The notes under the pieces: generated by a model
What the model saw: only the letters and a program-made list of their open reading frames with translations
What the model was told of the DNA's origin: nothing
Database searches by the model: none
Virus record (IMG/VR): IMGVR_UViG_3300034022_000267
Coordinates: 64,001 to 117,174 of that record
DNA from: a virus
Lineage: Duplodnaviria; Heunggongvirae; Uroviricota; Caudoviricetes
Direction: 5' to 3' (one strand)
Length of the DNA: 53,174 bases
In this document: positions 8,401 to 19,300 of the stretch, piece after piece
Position numbering within the stretch: the first letter of the stretch is position 1
Layout: every line of letters starts with the position of its first letter
Translations under genes and position numbers: made by a program

Positions 8401-10380
8401 ATCTGTATAGATACCAATTGCATATTGTGCATCTGAGATTTCTTTAACAAAATCATTAACTTCTTTTTCATTAAATGAAGCAGCATCTTTATCTACAAAC
8501 TTATCATTATATCTTTCTATAAGTTTATCAATACTCTTGTTCAATAACTGAGCTTGTCTAACTAATGGTTGAATGTTTTCTTTAACTTGTAATTGTCTTA
8601 TAGAATGAAACAATGAATTAAGTAACTCATCTTTATTCAACTTCTCAGATTCAGGAACTGATTTATCAGAAATCTTTGTATATAACTTATTAAGTTCTTC
8701 TAATAACTCATCTATCTTTCTCTTACCTGTTTTCTCATTCTTAATTGGAACAGGAAGTAAGTAGTCATCTTTAATATTCTTAACATTAACATCTCCAATT
8801 TTAATACTAAGTAATACTGGAAGAATGTTTTCTTTTGAATTTGCTTTTGAATATAAAGCCTTTATAGGAATCATTCTTGTTTGTTTGAACTTCTCACCCT
8901 TTACACCATAAGCGTTCTGTAGAATAGCTCTATATTGTCCCATTTGTAGATTCCATGCAGTGTTTTTATACCAAGGAATATCTGTATATTTATCTACATC
9001 AAGATCCATAAACTTCCAGTCAAGAATGCTCACATCACCTTCTTTAGTAATAGCTAAGAAATCTACAGTACCTGCACGATTTGCTTTAGGATTGTAGATA
9101 GTAACCTCAGCCATAAATCTTGTATCTTTAGGAAAAGATTTAAGACGTGCTTCAAGATTTTTCTTTAATGTATCATACATCTCTCTATTATTAGGATTGA
9201 TTCTAGATTTATATCCAGTATCATCTAATGGTGTATCTCTTAAGTATCCATCCTCATCTACAAATAAAGTTTGTATGTATTCAAGATCAGCATGTCCTGC
9301 TGTACCTTTCTCAGCTTTTAAATCATTAACAGCATCTTGAAATTCTGTTTTACCTATCTCTCCATTTCTAAATGTTCTTTCATACCATTCATCTACTAAT
9401 GCAGAAACTCTAGGAATGTTTTTACCATTAATCATATATCCACCTTCCGTAGGTTTTGCTATAATGTTAGATACTTCTTTAATTCTATCAATAAGTGATT
9501 GTTGAGGATCTATTTGAAGGAAAGCTTTACCTTCTTCTTCTCTAATATCTTCTGCGGTACCAATAATCTTACCTGTCATAACATCCATAGACAATTGGTC
9601 AAATCCTGATGTACTAATTAGATTCTTAAACCAATCAACTATCTTATCCCATAAACTTTGCATTTTAGCAATGTTCTCTGGTTTTTCTAAAGATCCTTCA
9701 TTGTTCTTAATAATAATTTCAGCTAACACCTTTGCAATAGCTTCTTCTTTAAGCATAATTACATCAGGCTTTCCATCTATTTGATACATAGGATTCTGAC
9801 CATATGTAGCAAACACTTCTTGCAATATGGCATAACCATTAATCTCACTCATCAACTTTTTGTATAGAGCAGGATTAGTTTGTTTAATAATAGCAACAGC
9901 AAAGTGCATAGCTTCTTCAGGAAGAGACTGTGCTTCTTTACCTTCTACTACTTGTATAAGTTTCTGTGTAAGTAGAGCAGCACCAGCAGCATCTTGTTTG
10001 ATACCATCAATAATAACATTTTTCATGGCTTTTGTATCTACACCAATACGTGTAAGAAAGTCATTAATCATTGCTATTGTTTTAGGAGAAGCTATAGATG
10101 ATATAGGTCCTTCATTCAATTGATAAAAGATTCCTTTAGCATTATCTATTTCTTTAAATGCTGTTTTATTAGGAACAGCCTTGCCATCTTCTTCATAGAA
10201 TAGTTTACCTTGTATTCCATATTTTTCTACAGCAATGTCAGATAGTTCTTTGTTGCTTTTTACAAATTTATTATAATCAAGTATTTTAAGAAATTCATCA
10301 ATAATACCACGAGTTCTCAACCAAGATTTAGTTGAGGCCTCTGATGTTTTAAACTTTTTCTTATCGTTGCAATTTGCCAT
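5491..10380 (-). CDS. Large cargo/ejection protein with degenerate zincin-like motif and PD-(D/E)xK nuclease domain
   Basis: 1629 aa directly downstream of the virion RNAP. Motifs: LPEEAMHF (9904-9918), AEVTI..AGTVDFLAITKEGDVSILDWKF..LQMGQY (RecB/Cas4-like motifs II/III plus QxxxY). The C-terminal two-thirds is helical. Confidence 0.75.
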   Translation of the reverse strand: MANCNDKKKFKTSEASTKSWLRTRGIIDEFLKILDYNKFVKSNKELSDIAVEKYGIQGKLFYEEDGKAVPNKTAFKEIDNAKGIFYQLNEGPISSIASPKTIAMINDFLTRIGVDTKAMKNVIIDGIKQDAAGAALLTQKLIQVVEGKEAQSLPEEAMHFAVAIIKQTNPALYKKLMSEINGYAILQEVFATYGQNPMYQIDGKPDVIMLKEEAIAKVLAEIIIKNNEGSLEKPENIAKMQSLWDKIVDWFKNLISTSGFDQLSMDVMTGKIIGTAEDIREEEGKAFLQIDPQQSLIDRIKEVSNIIAKPTEGGYMINGKNIPRVSALVDEWYERTFRNGEIGKTEFQDAVNDLKAEKGTAGHADLEYIQTLFVDEDGYLRDTPLDDTGYKSRINPNNREMYDTLKKNLEARLKSFPKDTRFMAEVTIYNPKANRAGTVDFLAITKEGDVSILDWKFMDLDVDKYTDIPWYKNTAWNLQMGQYRAILQNAYGVKGEKFKQTRMIPIKALYSKANSKENILPVLLSIKIGDVNVKNIKDDYLLPVPIKNEKTGKRKIDELLEELNKLYTKISDKSVPESEKLNKDELLNSLFHSIRQLQVKENIQPLVRQAQLLNKSIDKLIERYNDKFVDKDAASFNEKEVNDFVKEISDAQYAIGIYTDLYLELEGLLSDSEEDNKVKEELRRTSDNARKLEYNLEIILEKFTENIIAQREGVDNFLAPEKIIKGFTKMFASTATLQSKAVQLLYKKANRAFAYSSMDTLAESKKLGELKTKFENWAKGKGLSYKDYFNILKKKDSNELIDEYNPEFYTDLKAKTKKELESVSDDRDSSWIRENIDVSAYNEHLKEKLAEEIERIKNKPRLLTSEEADALANTGKLPNEVMMEIYKAKNLYDTSTTTSSGWFIYNETKKFPKKDKWTSKEWLELIKKENEPAKEFYDYIIRKNNEYADLGYINKRFARTFLPFIRKNLVEKLITGGQVKLGQQFFTDISVDEGDIGYGEIDPNTGKPVNKIPKYFTRPLEQETSTDLFRTMAFYNEAALRYKYLSEIEDQVKAIVAVEKNKKSIATSLFGKSKIEDGVLKYTDTKGENAQLVEDMMKAIIYGQKFVDSQAFDQLLFKMGSWGETLNKKLGVSVFPEDMSTRQLSVNKFINQLNNTFQITTLGLNVLSASSNFFGGNAQSLINSGKYFTKKDYLAAEMMIFSNKFGGTDQKKMIGALEYFLPLTDNYNREIAKQLSLNTLTQESIQDFLMILMRQTDLNVQTSNFYAFLNNSIVQDGEVINVRDYLRTLPEYQDKYKGSVEDRKAYEEKFDAEVKRLIEEKGVLKLGEVIDNKFVIPGVDQKSNSVIELRRKVQQVSKDALGNLSEDDLRMINMSVVGKSFMVFKNWIPRLVDVRMGGLKFNSASDAYEWGRTRMVMKVLTDDFSLTKPFAPLGNLYNSLTGNEKGVEYMREMWEKKRNEYEAETGKTLEMTEAEFIDLARQNIKSQLVDVVFLAIVFSAIAALKANEPDDDEDPIVKNQYKFILKATDKFKGELMYFYDPTSGLDLISQGFFPSAALITNFAKLINNFKKENWALLTGDDETAEKTYVIKYLMKTFPLSNQMAGYLPMFYPALAKDLGIKVQSNYGIR

Positions 10381-10390
10381 GGTTTATTTA

Positions 10391-13300
10391 TTAAAATGGT
10401 ACACAAGAATCATCGTTATCTTCTTCTTTCCAAGAGTTATCCTCTTCTGTAAATAGATCCAATTGTCCTGGTATAGGTTTAGGTGTTTTAATTTTAGACT
10501 TCTCTTTAGGAAGTTGATCTTTTAAATCTCTTAATTCTTCTTTCAATTTACTTAATTCAATAGATGTACCAATTTGAGCAGTATAATTTGCTTTACTTCC
10601 TGAAGATAGTATGTCAATTATAATATTTCTTACATCTTGTGTATCAATACCTGTATCTCTAAAGTTATCATCCCATATATCATTAGCTGCTTGATCTACA
10701 GTTTTACCATTTCCACTTAGTAAAGAAGGACTAATATCTAATTTAGTTCCTACCTTTGCACCAGTTTCTTTTGTTGCAGATATTGGAGTTATTTTAGGCA
10801 AGTTGTTTAATACAATTGTTTCTGTATTTGTAACATCAAGATCTTTTTGAATGTATTCTAACTCTGCAATTCTTTGTGTAAGATCATTTATTTCAAATTG
10901 TAATTGTTCTTCTTCAGTGTATTCTACTTCTTCATCAACAATCTCTTCTGTTGGTAAAGATACAATATCTTCTGTAACTTCACCACCAAAATAATCAATA
11001 ATAACTGAATCAGGAATCTCATCCTGAATCTTCACTGTACCATTGTTAAGAACAGATTGTCTTCCATCTAAATAATATTCAGAAACTAAATTACCATCAC
11101 CAAGTAAGTTAACTAGTTTGTATACATAATCACCTTCAGCAGTTGTTACAGGATTACCATTTGAGTATTTCACTTTTTGATATCCATAGTAGTCTGTTAA
11201 TGATGTATCTCCACCTAGTCTTATAGCTCTCATTGCTTGTGGACTAATAGTTTGCCCAGTGACAATATTAATGTTCTGACCTATTTTGTTTACAATCACT
11301 TTAGGAACCTTTACAAAATCACTATTAGCACCATTGCGAGCATCATATTTTGGACTTAATGTTAGCACCAATCTTTTTTCTTGCATAGTTGATCCATCAA
11401 ATACTTCTAAGAATGGTGATACTTTATATCTATATACATCATTTCCATATGGATCTTCTCCCAAATATTCTTCTACAGGTTCAAAATTTGCATCTCTTTC
11501 AAAATAGAATCTAGGAGTGGTAGTAGGAACTATTGTTTCATCTTTCCAATTGTTCTTTTGAAACATTCCTTTAGTAAAATATTCTATATTTACATCATCT
11601 ACTAATGTATCTATAATAGGTTTGATCTTTTTAGCATAGTCTTCTATTGGAACAATGTTATTAATAGATACAGGAGATTGATAAGTTCCTTGTAGAATAG
11701 CCACCTTAACAATATTATTGTATAACTCAGGATCCAATTCTCTTAGTTCTCTCATCATCTCTACATATAAGTTCTCATCATATGCTTCTTTTAAGTTCAC
11801 TTTAAGTTTAATAGTTTGTGCACCATCAACTTTTTTAGATGCTTCAGGAACAAGATCTTGTAACAATCTCATATTAGGATATTTTAACTTAGCTTTTGCT
11901 AATTGCTCAGCAATAGAATTATCTCCTGTAGTTAATGCTAATATCTCTGAGTTAAGTCCAGATTTAGTTTGTACAATAAAGTCAAGGAACGAAGCCTTAG
12001 CTTTACTAGCAATCTTAGAAAAGTCATCATCTTTGATAAACTCTTGTTCTTCAAATGATCTTAACACCTCATTAGTGATATCTACAAACTGTTCTTGTTC
12101 AAGTTTAATAAATGAACCAACACTCTTCATTGCAAAGTCTATCAATCTTTTTTGATTACCAATTGAACTTGACTCCAAAAGTTTATCTACAGAAGAGAAT
12201 ATATTTTTATTTCTTGCTACATCTGTTCTAGTTGTTTTCTTATGGAAAGTATCAGAGTTTTTAAACTTAGTTGTATCATAGTTTGTAGCTTGTGTAAATT
12301 TGAAACTATGTTCAGCCATTTTAGAATACTTTAAGAACTCTTTAAGTATAGCTCCTTGTGCTTCATTCTCTTGCTTAGTTGACATTTTATTCTTATTGTC
12401 AGCATACGTTTCAATGTTTTTCTTTAAGCTATCTACATCAAATGATTCTTTTTCTGTACCTCTAGCTCCTGATTTAAGAAGACCAAACTTAGCTCTCACC
12501 TCATTTATATTTGCTGGATTATATAAGAACGTAGTTCCTTTATTTTCAAGTAGGTCTAAATATTCAGAAATGATTGGTTGATTCATAAACCATATTGTAT
12601 TTTGACCAGCACCAATTCTTTCTAAGAACATAAATGTTCCAATAGCAGGTTCTGATTTAATAATTTTCATAATGAATGGATCTTTTGCAATATCCACTAC
12701 AGCAGTAGCATATCCAGAAAGTCTATAAGAAATCTTTTCCAATAACCCTTTAGCATTTGGTACAGCTGTTGTAGTTCCAGAGAGACTCACCTTACCATCA
12801 ATTTCATTATGTGGAAGTTTAACTTTACGATCTCCTAATATTACTCTTTCATCAAAAGTTAGTTTATCTGCTACAGCATCAATATCCATTACTAGTTTCA
12901 TTCTTTGAGCAAGAGCATGTCCTGTAATGTTTACAGCAACAATACCTACCCATTTTTTACCAGTAAGGAATGCATGTCTTAGATTTGTAAGATAGTTTCT
13001 GTTGACCATTCTATTTTTAATAGTTGTCTCATCATCTTTTCTCATATCATCTAATTCCTTAGATATGTCTTTTAAACCAGCATCTCCAATAGGAGTAATT
13101 AAGTTTTCATAGTTACCTTCTAATGTAATAAGTTTTTCAAATGCATCAAAATATCTATTTTCAAGAGCTTTCTTATACATAATTTTAACATACTTATTTC
13201 TCATCTCTTCGTTAAATAACTTAGAGTTAAGTTTCTCTGTCTTTTCAGAAAGAGATTCTATTTGAGAAGTCATATATTCTGAAGGTAACATCTCTAAATC

Positions 13301-16300
13301 ATCAGCTTGAGAAACTATTTCATTAATTACATCTTCATTTGATTTATAAAACAATCTCTGTTCTTTAGATACCACTACATTTGTTTGTTCAAATGCATTT
13401 AATACATCAAGTAAATCTTTTCTAAATTCATCACTACTAGTTATTTTATCAATACTCTTTTTGATTGTATTATCATATACATTTCCATAAAAGTCTTTTG
13501 TATCTTTCTCAGATCCTTTATAATCAACTGCATAAAGTCTTCCGTTCTCATCTATATATATAGATTTAAGATACATGTTCAATTTATCAATATCAAAATC
13601 TGATCCAGCTTGAGATGTAATCTCTGAAGGAACTATAACTGTTTTACCCATAAAGTCTGGTAAGAAACCTGCCACTCTAATAGCAGCCATAGAAGACATA
13701 GCTTGAGCAGGAATACGGAAACCAATCCCTTTTAGAATTCCTTGATTCTCAGGTTTGTTTAATTCTCTAATAAGATCTGCATCATTAGCAAATTTACCTT
13801 TAAGAGATTTCTTAAACCAGTTAGGAATCAACACTTCCATATAAGGATCTTCTTTTGTAGGGAAGTGTAATCTATCACTTGTAAGAACCACTTTATTTTT
13901 TTGAGCTTCTGTTAGTGCATCATATTCTTCTCTAGATAGTTTTCTGTATCCATCTTTTTCTTTAATTGCCATTCCTCTACCTTCTTTAGCATTCTCCCAT
14001 CCTGTAACAGGAGCTTGTACATATCCTCCTCCATTCATTTTTGGAGAAACTAATGATTTGTTAATCATTGAATATACAACATCTTTAATCTGTTTGTATG
14101 CAGGAGATGATTCAAATGGAATTCTAAACTTACCATTAGCATCTAATAGAATAGTGTCTTTGGCATTATTAGAAAGCTGTCTTCTAAACAATTCACGTTC
14201 AAGAGTTTTTGAAATAATTTTTGGATCTAGTAATTCAAATTCACCCATACCAAGATCTTCTACACCAAAGTTAGAAAGAAGTTCTGTATATGCATTATCA
14301 TCAAGATCTTTAAGAGCTTGGTTGTATACATCAAAAGCTTCTTTTGCTCCTTCAATAGTTTCTTCACCATTGTCAAACATATCCAATGTAACAATCTTAG
14401 TAGGTTGTGAACCTCTTGTTTGTTCTCCTCCACCTTCATATGAAGTTTCTAATTGAATACCATTAATAGTCCAAGGAACTAACACTTTAGTATCTGTAGC
14501 AAATTCAGTGTCATTAAATGTTCCATTTTGATTGTAAAGACTATGTGTTTTTTCTATACCAAGTTTTCTACCTGATTCAAATATCACATAATCAATTCTT
14601 TCTTTAAACATTTTAATATATAACTTCTCAAGAGTTGTTCCTGCAACAGCACTGTAATACAAAGGCATTTGAGAAGTTTTATCTAATACAAGTTTTACTT
14701 CATTCTCTCCATACTGACTACCTGATACAATTGGTTTAGTGATATCAATTACATGTTCAGGTTGTGGTTCTGATAATGCTTTTTCATCAGCAGCTTTCAA
14801 TGTTTTATTAGAATATTTATATTCTCCTTTATCAGATAATGATTTTCTAGTAAAAGCCATTTCATATTGGTGCCAAGCTTCAGCAGTTGCAGGCCATTGT
14901 CCATTTTTATTCTTAACCTCTCTATATGCTACATCAGATATATATGAGAAAGCATCTGCTTCATTCACACCTTCATATCTAATTGTATCCAGTTCAACAT
15001 CTTTTAATGTCACTGTAGAAGCATATTCTTTATTCTCATGGTATCCAAAATCATCTGGAGTTAGTTCTATTTCACCAACCTTATTTTGACTATTTAAAAA
15101 TGCATTAAACTCAGGACTATCAAATGTAGTTCTTCTAGGAGATAAGAAAGATTTAACACGTTTAGTTTCATCTAATACACCATCTTTAATTTTAAATTGA
15201 TATGGATCTCCAAATAGTATTTTGTGAAATTCTATGTTATTGATAAAGTTATTTGCATTTACAAATGTTATTACATTATCAAGTTGAGTCTCAGTCATTT
15301 TTAATTTATTGATACCTGATTTCATAGCAAAGTTGCTATCAAGACCAATATATTTATACATGTTCTCAGAATCATTCTTAGTCTTAATAGCTGATACCAC
15401 TTCACCTTGTTTAAGTAAAATATCTTTTGTACCTTTTGCAATATCTTGTATAGACTTAGCTACAGCATCATTGATAGCTTTACTATTCTTAGCAATGTAA
15501 TCTTTAAACTCATCGTCTGATGTAGCTTCATCCTCAATCATCTCATTAAGATCTTTCAATTGCTCTGGAGCATAAACTTCTAATATCTCTTTGAAGAAAC
15601 GTAACTCTTTAGCTTTTGACCCAATGTTTTTAAGACTACTTCTACTTCTCCAATCACGAGCTAATGCAATATCATCAATTAAATATCCTTTAAATATATC
15701 ATAAATTTCATCCCAAGCTCTACCACCTACAACTCCTTCATATGATATATGATTACCAAGATTCATCATCCATTCTGTAGCTCCATCTGCAGGAATAAGA
15801 ATGTAATAATCTCCATTAATGTTTTGGTTAATCTCTTGTGTAAATCTTTGACCTTTAGTTAGTTTACTTGTAGAAGTTCCTTTGTTTGTATCAATTGATT
15901 TCTTACCATCAATGTAAGAAACTTTAATCATCTTAAATCTATTTCCTTCTTCATTGAAAAATAATCCACCTTCTTTAAATGTAATAGCATTTTTAGAAAA
16001 CACATCATTAAGTTCTGGTCTTGATATTTTTAATTCTTCTAATGTTTCTGAATCATTAAATGAATTCTCAAAGAATGAAGGAGCATTATTATCAGAGTAA
16101 GCTTGTTTCTTACTTCCTTCAACTCCCATTAATGTATTCTCCTGATTAGGATTAGTCACTTTAACTTGTAATTCTGCAAGCTTAGCTATTTGTTTATTAA
16201 TCTTTAACGTTTTACCATCTAATGTACCTATATCTTTAGCTTGTGGTAGATAAGCATATATCTCTCCAACAGTATCACCAAACTCTTGTCTTTGATTTGA

Positions 16301-19300
16301 TTTTAATTTTAGATAATCATCCATATTAAATGTCACACCTAAGTTCTTCAAGAAACCAATCATCTCTTCAACATCTTTAGGAAGCTTCTCAGGCCATAAC
16401 TCTGAGTCTGTGTTAACTTGATATGTTTTAGTTTCACTATTAAATCTAACAAGCCCATTACGAGTTTTAGCTAGTGCTCTCATTTGACTAAACCAATCTT
16501 GTTCTACTTGTTTAGTTATTGTAAATTGATTAGCAGGAGCAGTGTACACTTCATTTCCTATAACATATTGAATAAGAGCATTTGGTTTTTGTTTTGTAAA
16601 TGTTTGATAGAAGTTAATGAACAATCTCCAGTCTTCTGGTGTTTTGAATTTACCAAAATCTATATTTTTTGAAAGATTACCACTTGCATCAATAGAATAA
16701 GATCCACCAATACGTTGAAAAAATCTAACGTATGTAGCATCGTAGCTAGCTAGATCAACTAACTTATCAATCACTTTATCAATACTTGTTGTATTAGATA
16801 TTTTATCCAATAACGTAGCAAACACTCTACTGAAATTTACTAACTTAAATCCTCCAACAGAAGACTTTTGTCTTACAGGTAATTTTAAACTAGTAGAATT
16901 TTGTTGATTAGTAGGAACTACTTCTGGTAATGTAGCAGCAACAAGTTTAATAGCAAATGGAGAAGTCTTTTTATGATCAACTGTAAATGTTTCTTGAGAA
17001 TAACCAACACTAGTTATATTCTCATCATTAATGTCTTTAAGATCTTCTTCATTGAAATCAACACCTATTGTGCGTAACAATTGTTTACCTTGTGTAAACA
17101 AAGCATTAAAACGTTCTTCTCCTAATTGTTGATATACATTACCAGCAATGTATGCTTGTTTAATATAATTATATATTTCAGCTCCTGTAATTTGTTGTAA
17201 ATCAAATATAGATTCTTTATTCTCACCAAATATATAATTTGCTGCACGAGAGAATATATCCTCTGCATATTCAGCAGCTTGTGTTTCTGTTATACCAGGA
17301 ATTCTACTGTAAGCAGGTGGTCCTTTCTTTTGTGATTCAGAAATAGTAAATTCTTTATACTTACCAGCATCAATAGCTTTAAACAAATCTTTAGCTAATG
17401 AAGGATTAGCATTTCTAGACATGATAAAGTTTATAATTCTTCTAAAGAAGTTACGTACTAATTCACTCAATGATCTAGCAGGAAGTTTACCCACTTTGAA
17501 TTCACCAAAGTCATCAGCTATTCGTTCTTCTATTTGTTTATCTGTAGCACTAGCATAATCTATTTTCTTACCAGAAGCTCTATCTGTAAACTGTCCAGGT
17601 TTGTTTCTAAACTCTTCTTCAAGAGCAACTCTTTCATCAGCTGTTAAGAAATGCTGATATACAGGGTGAAACAACTCATGATAACCAACTGTTCTTGGTC
17701 CAGCTTTGTAGAACTTAGCTACACCATCAACAAATACACCAAAAGCTTTTTCACCATCATATGTATCTACAAGATCTTCTAGCACTTCTAACGGTACACC
17801 AGGAAGGTTTTCAGCTTGGAAGTCTTTTAATATCTGAATATCATTCTCAGACATTACATCTTCTTCAGCTGTAACTCCCACTCTCATATAGTTATCATCA
17901 GGTAGGTCAGTGTCTTTTATATCAATAGGATCTATTTTGTCTTCAGGAAGAATCTGTGGATCAACTTCTTCTACAGCTGTAGGAGTTTGTTGTTTAGTTT
18001 CTTCTTCTTTAGTATAATTTTTTAATATTGTAAATATATTACCTTTTAATCTATACCAATCTGGATTACCTTTAAACTTGTAAGATTTTGTTTTTTCTGA
18101 AATAACTTCTATTTCTCCTTCTTTAATATTATTAGTTCTCCAAGGTTCTTCTCTTTGATTATATACTTCTAATATATATTGAACTTTATCTCCTTTTTTA
18201 AAACCATAAGGTCTAGAGTTATCTTCTTTTATTTCTTCTACAACTGTAGGAATTTCTTCTTCAACAACTGGAGCTTCTTCAGCTTGTTGTGTGCTTTGTA
18301 TTTCTTTTAATGCAGCAATAAGTTTATCACCAACAAATGTTACAACACGTTGTTCATCACTAGCTTCTTCATCATATTTACCAATAGCTTGTAACACACC
18401 ATCCACTGTAGCTAATATATCTTTATTATTTGCAGCTGATGTTATTGTGTCATTCACTTTAATATCTACAGATTCTACATTACCATCAGCATCTACAGTT
18501 CCTGTAAACTCAACTGGACCATTTGCAAATTGATATACATTAGGTGTAGTTCCATTCATTACATATTCTCCTATCATACCAGGGGTTGCTGGTGTAACAG
18601 GAGCAGCTTTAGCAGCCTGTGCAACAGGAGCAGGTTTTATAATAGGAAGATCAAAATCAACTAGTGTAGCATACTTCTGAGAGAATGAATAAGGAACAGT
18701 TGCTGTAGGAGCAGCCACTATAGTTGTAAGTGGTGTATTTTCACTAGAACGAGATGTTTTACCATCAGGAAGTTTAGATGATAACAAATAAGATTGGTAG
18801 TTTTTCCAATATCTAGCTACAAGTTGACCTTCTTCATTTTTAACACCTGTATATTCATAGAACTTACTCGTAAGATCTTTGATAGTTTTACTGTTGATAT
18901 TATGATGTGTACCTGTAAGTTGTTTTACAATCTCTGCTTCTTTGTTTTCAATATCTATAATAGGATATTTTACACCGCCTAAATAAATACTTCTTGAGTT
19001 AGTATCAATATAGAATTGATTACCTGATGTGTCTGCACCCTTACGTAAATATAATACATTTTGTAAGTATGATAAATAGTTTACATCTATATCTAATGGT
19101 TTACCAGATGTAGATTTTTCTCTTATGTCAAGAGCCAATGCTTTAATAACTTGATATATTGCATTAGCTTTATCTTTACCTAATACACTATTGTTTAAGA
19201 TTTCTAATACATCTTCATATTGAAGAATAACTATACCTTTTTCTTTAAATGTAATGTTTCTTCCTTTATGAGATACAAATCCTGCAGTGTTTATTTGAAG

